Part shown: positions 22,960 to 29,875 of the stretch, one piece after another
Position numbering within the stretch: position 1 is the first letter of the stretch
Layout of the letters: each line of letters opens with the position of its first letter
Assembly (NCBI GenBank): GCA_025349965.1
Contig: CP075337.1
Span: 690,001-722,000, forward strand
Source of the DNA: Candidatus Saccharimonadota bacterium
GTDB lineage: Bacteria; Patescibacteriota; Saccharimonadia; Saccharimonadales; Saccharimonadaceae
DNA: 32,000 bases
Direction of reading: 5' to 3'
Notes under the pieces: generated by a model
The model's database searches: none
Told to the model about the DNA's origin: nothing
Seen by the model: the letters and a program-made list of their open reading frames with translations, nothing else
Position numbers and translations under genes: made by a program

Positions 22960-24174
22960 CTACATATTAATACCACCGACAAGGCTGTAGATCGGGAAGA
23001 GAATCGCTCCCACCATACCACCAGCGACTACCGCGAGCACTACCATCAAAACTGGCTCAATCGCAGTTGAAAGTGTACGGATTTGCTCATCAAGCTCGTC
23101 TTCGTATACCTGAGCTGTCTTCCCCATCATCTCGTCAATCTTACCAGACTGCTCACCAATTTTAATCATCTGAGGGACGAGGGTCATAATCACTTCGTCT
23201 TCTGCCTCAAGGGCAACTGAAAGCGCCTTACCGCTCTGCACCTTATCCGCTGCTCGTTCGATACTCTTTGCAACAATAGTATTGTTCACCGCCTTCGCGG
23301 TAATGTGAAGTGTATCCAGCATACTCACTCCAGTCGCAAGGAGCGTCTGGCCCGTCCTCGTAAGGCGTGCCATGTAAAGCTTTCTAAACATCTTACCGAA
23401 GATAGGCATATTGAGTTTGAGCGTATCCTTGGTCTTCTCGCCACTCTCTGTCTCGAAGTACTGATAGGCGAAGTACCCGCCAATACCCAAAATGATAAGA
23501 ATAAGCCACCAGAACGTGCCGGCAAAATTTGCCGCCGAGACCATAATTTGCGTAAGAAGCGGAAGATTTTTCCCGAGGTCATCATAAAGCTTCTCTACCT
23601 GCGGAACAACCGTGAAGAGCATGAAGGCGATAACACCGAAAATAACAACCAGCACAATAATTGGGTACGTAAGCGCGCCACGAATTTTACTCATGGTTGC
23701 GGCATCCTTCTCCTGTTGTGCGGCAATGCGACGAAGCGCGTCATCAAGCGTTCCCGAAAGCTCACCAGCAGAGATAAGGGCAAGGAACACCTCGTTAAAC
23801 ACCTTTGGGTGTCGAGAAAAGGCATCGGTAAGTGAACTACCGCCCTCTACCGCAGCGGCAATTTCTTGAATGACAGACTGGAGCTGCTTGTTCTCGGTTT
23901 GACCAATAACCGTATGGAGGCTTTGACTGAGCGGAAGGCCAGCCCCAATAAGCGTTGCAAGCTGTCGAGTGAAGACTACCTTATCTTTAGTAGTAATACG
24001 CCCGGTAAGGCGAGATAAGAAACTTCCATCCCCTAGCTGCTCTTTGATAGATAGCGGAGTATACCCCTGCTTCATCAAAAGCTTTGCAGCTGCGTTTTCA
24101 GACTCAGCCTGAATATCCGCTTTTACAATTTTATTGGTCGCTTGGTCGCGCGCTTCGTAAATAAACTTTTTCAT
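22960..24174 (-). CDS. pilC: Type IV pilus platform protein PilC (GspF family)
   Basis: 404 aa with duplicated T2SSF domains (FTRQLATLIGAGLPL and LARLTRTGQTLLATGVSML) and three TM segments. Confidence 0.95.
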   Translation of the reverse strand: MKKFIYEARDQATNKIVKADIQAESENAAAKLLMKQGYTPLSIKEQLGDGSFLSRLTGRITTKDKVVFTRQLATLIGAGLPLSQSLHTVIGQTENKQLQSVIQEIAAAVEGGSSLTDAFSRHPKVFNEVFLALISAGELSGTLDDALRRIAAQQEKDAATMSKIRGALTYPIIVLVVIFGVIAFMLFTVVPQVEKLYDDLGKNLPLLTQIMVSAANFAGTFWWLILIILGIGGYFAYQYFETESGEKTKDTLKLNMPIFGKMFRKLYMARLTRTGQTLLATGVSMLDTLHITAKAVNNTIVAKSIERAADKVQSGKALSVALEAEDEVIMTLVPQMIKIGEQSGKIDEMMGKTAQVYEDELDEQIRTLSTAIEPVLMVVLAVVAGGMVGAILFPIYSLVGGINM

Positions 24175-24177
24175 GCA

Positions 24178-25248
24178 CTATCCCCTCATAAGGCGTTCAA
24201 ACTCAACAAGGTCAACAGCAAATTCACGCGCGTGGTCGTAGGTAATTGTACCAGCCTGCACAAGGTTCACGAGCGTACGATCCATTGTCTGCATACCTTG
24301 ATCTGCACCGGTCTGAATAATGGCATCGAGTTGGTGCGATTTACCTTCGCGAATAATATTTCGTACCGCAGGGTTGGCTACCAAGATTTCCGCTGCCGCA
24401 ACACGGCCACCGCCAATCGTTGGCACAAGACGCTGTGAACAAATTGCCATCAAAATATTTGCAAGCTGCGCGCGCACCTGTGGCTGTTGGTGTGGCGGGA
24501 AAACGTCAACCATACGGTCAATTGACTGCGCTGCACTGTTGGTGTGAAGTGTTGCAAACACTAAGTGCCCTGTTTCTGCAATCGTAATCGCCGCAGAGAT
24601 AGTTTCAAGGTCACGCATCTCACCAATAAGTACAACATCAGGGTCTTGGCGAAGGCTTGAACGAAGCGCCGCGCTAAATGAATAGGTGTCATAGTGCACT
24701 TCACGCTGTACCACAACTGATTTCTTTGATTTATGCGTAAACTCAATCGGGTCTTCAATGGTAATAATGTGCTGCGCGCGTTCGGTATTTACTTTATCGA
24801 CGAGCGCCGCCAGTGTTGTAGACTTACCAGAACCAGTTGGCCCGGTTACAAGTACAAGCCCGCGTGGGAAGTTTGCAAAATCAACCACCGTGTTTGGTAG
24901 CCCAAGTTCAGAAATTGTCTTAATTTCATTAGGAATAAGTCGGAGCGCCGCTGCAACATTTCCACGCTCATGAAAAGCGTTCACGCGGAAGCGCCCCAGC
25001 GTACCGAAGGCAAAGCTGAAGTCGAATTCCTTGTCCTTCGTGAGGATTTGGCGTTGATCTTGGTCTAGAATGGCGAAGACGAGCGACTCAACCGCCGCCT
25101 CATCAAGTGGATTATATCCAGCAATTGGCATCAATTCACCGTCAATACGGAGCATTGGCGGCAAGCCAACTTGAAGGTGGAGGTCGGAAGCGCGGCGCTT
25201 CACCACTTCTTCAAGTAGTACCTCGATTCGCAGTTGTTGATTGTTCAT
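24178..25248 (-). CDS. pilT: Twitching-motility retraction ATPase PilT
   Basis: 356 aa. ASDLHLQVG.PP..RIDG, Walker A GPTGSGKSTT, TIEDPIEF, RQDPDVVLIGEMRD, TGHLVFATLHTN, and the AIRNLIREGK-like NIIREGKSHQ. Confidence 0.95.
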   Translation of the reverse strand: MNNQQLRIEVLLEEVVKRRASDLHLQVGLPPMLRIDGELMPIAGYNPLDEAAVESLVFAILDQDQRQILTKDKEFDFSFAFGTLGRFRVNAFHERGNVAAALRLIPNEIKTISELGLPNTVVDFANFPRGLVLVTGPTGSGKSTTLAALVDKVNTERAQHIITIEDPIEFTHKSKKSVVVQREVHYDTYSFSAALRSSLRQDPDVVLIGEMRDLETISAAITIAETGHLVFATLHTNSAAQSIDRMVDVFPPHQQPQVRAQLANILMAICSQRLVPTIGGGRVAAAEILVANPAVRNIIREGKSHQLDAIIQTGADQGMQTMDRTLVNLVQAGTITYDHAREFAVDLVEFERLMRG

Positions 25249-25264
25249 ATTCCCATCCCCTTCT

Positions 25265-27028
25265 TTATGCTGTGTCTGATGTTACGCGGTTAACTTCTTC
25301 TAATGTGGTAATTCCTGCAAGCGCCTTCAGGTAGCCATCTTGTCGCATGGTAATCATCCCTTGCGAAACGGCCAGTCGCTGAATGTCGGCGCTCGTTGCA
25401 CGATTAACGATAAGTGCTTGGATTTGCTCGTTTACATCCATGACTTCATAGATACCAGCACGCCCACTGTACCCACCGGGAGTTTGCGGCGTATCAATAC
25501 CTCTCACTAAAGTATAAGCGCTTTGCCCTGCTAATGGTAGTGCTTCATAGCCAAGGTCACGAGAAACCTGCGCAACCTCTTCTTTCGTCTTGGGAAGCAA
25601 GTGTCCCACGGTAGCTATAATGTTCTGTGTTTCTATAGGACTCGACTGATACGTTTCCCTCTTTTTGGCGACGCGCCGAACAAGACGCTGACCAATAATT
25701 GTGTTCACGGTGCTTGCAATCAAGAAAGGCTCAATTTCCATATCTAACAGACGTGGAAGCACTCCAGCCGCACTGTTGGTGTGAAGCGTGCTAAATACAA
25801 GGTGTCCCGTAAGTGCGGCCTGCACCGCAAGCTGGGCGGTCTCTCCGTCACGAATCTCGCCCACCATCACGACATCAGGGTCCTGACGAAGAATTGAACG
25901 AAGTCCGTTCGCGAAAGTGAGTCCCACCTCGGCGTTTACCTGAATCTGGTTCACGCCGCTCATCTTATACTCAACCGGATCTTCAAGCGTCACGATATTC
26001 ACCGTATCATCTTTGATTTCTTTAATGAGCGCGTAGAGGCTGGTTGACTTACCAGAACCAGTTGGACCAGAAGTAAGTACCATTCCGTTTGGACGCTTAA
26101 TACCGTGGCGAATTGCACGGAGCGAACGGCCCGCATACCCCATTTGCTCAAGGTCGAAGCTGTTTCCTGATTTATCAAGGAGGCGAATCACCACCTGCTC
26201 ACCCCAGACAACGGGACTGACAGCAATACGCAAGTCTACTTCTTTATTCGCAACATTTACGGCGAACTGGCCGTCCTGGGGAATGCGGTGTTCGTCGATT
26301 TTGAGATTAGACAAAATCTTTACACGACTTACCAGAGCTGGCTCAATGCTCTTTGGAAGCTGCATAATTTCGCGCAAGACACCGTCAACGCGAACACGGA
26401 TTTTGAGCGTGTTCTCAAGTGGTTCAATGTGAATATCACTTGCACGCGCCTTGACTGCGTATTCAAGAATTTTGCTGAGTGCCTGGCTAATCGGTGAATC
26501 TTGAACAATTGTCTTAACATCGTTCGCCTCTTCGGCCTGCTGCTCCGCCTGAGAGGCTTGTGCAGCTTGGTTGACGCTTGAGAGGTCCGTCTTGTACTGA
26601 TCAAGAACATGACGAACACCAGACTCTGACGCCATAAACACTTTTAGTGGGCGCTGAATGAGATTGGCAAGATAGTCTACCGCCTGGACGTTGTTTGCAT
26701 CAATCATTGCCACAGCGAGGCGATTCTGCACCTCAGCGAGTGGTACCGCCATGAAGCGCTCAGCGATGTCTTCCTGAAGAAGCATAAGAATATTTTGGTC
26801 AATCAACGTATTAGAAAGATTCACATACGGCACACCCGAAACCTGGGCGATTGCGTGCGTCAACAATTCATCATCAACAACATCTTCTTCCGTGAGCAGA
26901 CTAAATAACGGCTTACTCTTTGTCTTGGCACGTGCTTTAGCGTCATCCATCACTTCCTGCGCAACAAGCCCCTCTTCAATCAGAAGAGTGATCAGCTTCT
27001 CTTGCGTATCATCAGTTAGAAGTGCCAT
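25265..27028 (-). CDS. pilB: Type IV pilus assembly (extension) ATPase PilB (GspE family)
   Basis: 587 aa. N-terminal T2SSE_N-like domain, ASDIHIEP, Walker A SGPTGSGKSTS, TLEDPVEY, RQDPDVVMVGEIRD, TGHLVFSTLHTN. Confidence 0.95.
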   Translation of the reverse strand: MALLTDDTQEKLITLLIEEGLVAQEVMDDAKARAKTKSKPLFSLLTEEDVVDDELLTHAIAQVSGVPYVNLSNTLIDQNILMLLQEDIAERFMAVPLAEVQNRLAVAMIDANNVQAVDYLANLIQRPLKVFMASESGVRHVLDQYKTDLSSVNQAAQASQAEQQAEEANDVKTIVQDSPISQALSKILEYAVKARASDIHIEPLENTLKIRVRVDGVLREIMQLPKSIEPALVSRVKILSNLKIDEHRIPQDGQFAVNVANKEVDLRIAVSPVVWGEQVVIRLLDKSGNSFDLEQMGYAGRSLRAIRHGIKRPNGMVLTSGPTGSGKSTSLYALIKEIKDDTVNIVTLEDPVEYKMSGVNQIQVNAEVGLTFANGLRSILRQDPDVVMVGEIRDGETAQLAVQAALTGHLVFSTLHTNSAAGVLPRLLDMEIEPFLIASTVNTIIGQRLVRRVAKKRETYQSSPIETQNIIATVGHLLPKTKEEVAQVSRDLGYEALPLAGQSAYTLVRGIDTPQTPGGYSGRAGIYEVMDVNEQIQALIVNRATSADIQRLAVSQGMITMRQDGYLKALAGITTLEEVNRVTSDTA

Positions 27029-27050
27029 GCACTAACCCCTATTCCTTGGT

Positions 27051-27299
27051 TTACGTGTTGGTATCTGTACCAGTATTAGATGCACCTGCATCGATCTCAA
27101 CCTCTACCGAAGGGTTGATCGCAGTGCTGTTAAATATGCGCGTATCTGGTGGTGTGATTTCTGAAGTAATCTTTTCTATCTTCTTGACTTTCTGGGGCTC
27201 CGACGAGGCATCACCCAAAATTGCTCGAGCAACAAAGAATGAAACAAGTACGCCCACAGTAGCAATAAGAATAATCATTGCGATATCTGTCTTTTTCAC
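27051..27299 (-). CDS. Small single-pass membrane protein in the pilMNO operon (occupies the PilP position)
   Basis: 82 aa. GTG start that overlaps the pilO-like TAG stop (TAGTG), with SD GGGAG 7 nt upstream. One N-terminal TM helix (IAMIILIATVGVLVSFFVA) and a Ser/Thr/Glu-rich tail. Confidence 0.55.
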   Translation of the reverse strand: MKKTDIAMIILIATVGVLVSFFVARAILGDASSEPQKVKKIEKITSEITPPDTRIFNSTAINPSVEVEIDAGASNTGTDTNT

Positions 27300-28048
27300 T
27301 ATGCAGCTCCCTTATTGTCGGTTTTATTTGAGTTGTTCTTTGATTTCTTGCCCGACTCTACAGGAATAACCTCTTCACGCAATTCAATCTTCTTAGCCGG
27401 TTCGTAGAATGCCCTACCCTCTACCGTCATCGTCTGCCCACCAGATTCACCAGCGATACGGATTGAAGTCACTTGAATAGTCCTAATTGAACGCTCAAGG
27501 TTAATCAAGATTCCCTTTAACCCCGCGTCTGAGCCCTTCACCGCAAATTGGAATGCAATGCTGTTGTCTGCAGACGTAGCGGACGAAGCGTCAACAGTTG
27601 TTTCATCAAGAGAACTTGTCTCAACACCATCTACAGGCGTAACCTGAATTGAATCTAGTGTCACACCACCTTCGCCACCAATAAGCAGCTTATTCTGAAG
27701 TGAAGCTCCGAGAGCAAGTGAGTTGGCTTCAGACGGAAGTGCATCGAGCACTACCTGAAGTGCTTGGTCGCGGTCATTTGCCTTGACACTCGAAAGCGCC
27801 TCGTTCGCGTCAAGCGCGCGTATTTCACCCTTAAGCGCATCGACTGTCTTCAGATTATGATTGAGCGTTGAAGCTGTCTCGTCTTTTGCGGCAAGTACTT
27901 TCTCCCCGTAAATAAGAATCTTGAACATAAAGAAGCTTACAACGATTGCAGCACCTACCAGAACAGATGCAGCCGCAATCCACAAGAACATAGTACGGTT
28001 TGCCTTAGAAATCTGGGCTCGCTTCTGTAGTGAAACATCATCCGCCAT
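27299..28048 (-). CDS. PilO-like pilus alignment protein
   Basis: 249 aa. Short cytoplasmic N-terminus, one TM helix (MFLWIAAASVLVGAAIVVSFFMF), a coiled-coil-like segment, then an alpha/beta C-terminal domain. Lies immediately after pilN. Confidence 0.6.
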   Translation of the reverse strand: MADDVSLQKRAQISKANRTMFLWIAAASVLVGAAIVVSFFMFKILIYGEKVLAAKDETASTLNHNLKTVDALKGEIRALDANEALSSVKANDRDQALQVVLDALPSEANSLALGASLQNKLLIGGEGGVTLDSIQVTPVDGVETSSLDETTVDASSATSADNSIAFQFAVKGSDAGLKGILINLERSIRTIQVTSIRIAGESGGQTMTVEGRAFYEPAKKIELREEVIPVESGKKSKNNSNKTDNKGAA

Positions 28049-28049
28049 A

Positions 28050-28781
28050 TTACTTATCCTCCTCTATGTCTTTTGCACGCTCTGTGAATATACTCTTCGG
28101 TAGTCCGAGGTATGAGTCGGTAACATTTCCATTAATACGAAGCTTTATAGAAAGGGTATCCACCTTGGCGTCAAACAGCTCATCTGCGTAGACAAACGTT
28201 AGCACAAAACGGAGTACCTTGTTACCGTCGGTATCCTCACCGTAGCTTACGTCCGTCGCACTAATGTCCGAGGCAAGTGAAATTGGCTCCGTGGCGTCTT
28301 CACCGCTCGCACCTGGAACTTCTATTACGGCATTGGCGACAGTTTTCTTGAAGATTTCCATTGAGTCGAATCCACGAGTTTGACCTTCAAGACGAATGGT
28401 CTTTTCCTCAGTGTTAACATCCATTTGTGAAACCTTTACACTGTTTGGCTCTGGAGGCACAACTGCCGAGAGCATATCAAATAGGCGTGAAGAGACATTC
28501 TTTTGAGCGTTGAGGTCTGATATTTTTCCGAGCTGGTTCTGGATGGTAACCATCTGTGAAAGGTCTTCGACCTTCGCAAGCTCACCGGCTTTTGTTTTAA
28601 TTTGATTATCAAGAAATACGTGACGACCAAACTGAACACCGTACACATACACAAGCAGGAGTACAACAACCCCTACGGAAATGATACTCGCAATAATAGC
28701 AGCCGAAACAACCGCAGCGCGCATACGCTGCGCCTTAAGAAGCTCTTGCTTAACATCTGGAACAAGATTAATCTCAATCAT
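28050..28781 (-). CDS. pilN: PilN-like pilus alignment protein
   Basis: 243 aa. The N-terminus MIEINLVPDVKQELLKAQR is the INLLP motif that binds PilM, followed by one TM helix. 1-nt overlap with the pilM stop. Confidence 0.8.
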   Translation of the reverse strand: MIEINLVPDVKQELLKAQRMRAAVVSAAIIASIISVGVVVLLLVYVYGVQFGRHVFLDNQIKTKAGELAKVEDLSQMVTIQNQLGKISDLNAQKNVSSRLFDMLSAVVPPEPNSVKVSQMDVNTEEKTIRLEGQTRGFDSMEIFKKTVANAVIEVPGASGEDATEPISLASDISATDVSYGEDTDGNKVLRFVLTFVYADELFDAKVDTLSIKLRINGNVTDSYLGLPKSIFTERAKDIEEDK

Positions 28782-29824
28782 TACTTATTCCTCCGCTCTG
28801 CAAGCCCTACGGCAGTTGCAAATTCCGATGCAATTGGCGCAAGCTGCTGCTGGTACGATTGGTTCACCTGAACACGCTGCCATGGGTTTGCCAATGAAGA
28901 CTGTACGCCAGTCTTTGCGCTAATGTACTCTGGGAATCCCGGAAGTACCGAACCAAAGCCAGAAAGAAGGATGCCCCCTACTGGTGTATTCGGGTACCGT
29001 GTCTGGAAGAATTTAATAGACTTCGTAAGCTCGGTTGCAAAGTTATCAAGCGTACTCTCAATTGCGCGGTACACCTGCCCTTCGAGGCGATCTGGTGCAA
29101 GACCAAACTTCAAGATAAATTGACGCGCCTGCGCTTCTTCGACATTCAAATTTTGCACCGCAGCTGACACGAGTGAACGAAGCCCGGTTGGGATTGTGCG
29201 AACGAGGCGTGGCGTGTCAGCATATGTAATAGCAATGTCTGTCGACTGTTCGCCGATATTAATAATGAGACGCGCATCCGTGATACCGGGAGGAAGCAGT
29301 GACCGAATCATCGCGAGTGGATCTGGCTCTTCAGCGATAACATTAAAGCCAAGCGCCTCAATCAACTCAAGGCGATCCTCTGCGTATGCGCTTGCTGTGC
29401 TTGAGATAAGCACCTCTTGCATCTCAGGGTTGTGTAGTGACGCGCCAAGCAACGCCCAGTCAACCTTGGCCTCATTGACTGCCATTGGGATGTACTGATC
29501 AACTTGATACTTCATCATACTGCGAAGCTCAGCCTCGGGCACGATAGGCACCTCTACGATAGTAGTGAAGGTCTTGCTAGACGGAAGGCCAATTACAACG
29601 TTTTTAGTCTTAATGCCGCTTTGACCAATAGCGGTCATGATAACGTCGCTCAGCTTACGACGGCTCTCCGGCGATGATGAAGCGGCCGTCTTTTCATCAA
29701 TTGGAGCATAGCCAAAGTTTGAAAGATTCCATGTATCGCCACTCGCAGGTGACAGCTGTACTACACGCACAGCAGTTGTTCCTATATCTATCGCGAAAAA
29801 GTCGCCCACACCGTTTAATGCCAT
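28781..29824 (-). CDS. pilM: PilM, actin-like ATPase-fold pilus assembly protein
   Basis: 347 aa. FAIDIGTTAVRVVQL (phosphate-1 motif), INIGEQSTDI, LLSGFGSVLPGF. Confidence 0.9.
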   Translation of the reverse strand: MALNGVGDFFAIDIGTTAVRVVQLSPASGDTWNLSNFGYAPIDEKTAASSSPESRRKLSDVIMTAIGQSGIKTKNVVIGLPSSKTFTTIVEVPIVPEAELRSMMKYQVDQYIPMAVNEAKVDWALLGASLHNPEMQEVLISSTASAYAEDRLELIEALGFNVIAEEPDPLAMIRSLLPPGITDARLIINIGEQSTDIAITYADTPRLVRTIPTGLRSLVSAAVQNLNVEEAQARQFILKFGLAPDRLEGQVYRAIESTLDNFATELTKSIKFFQTRYPNTPVGGILLSGFGSVLPGFPEYISAKTGVQSSLANPWQRVQVNQSYQQQLAPIASEFATAVGLAERRNK

Positions 29825-29875
29825 AATACGCTTTATTATACAGAAAGCATAAGCACTAAGGCAAGTGCCTTTTCT

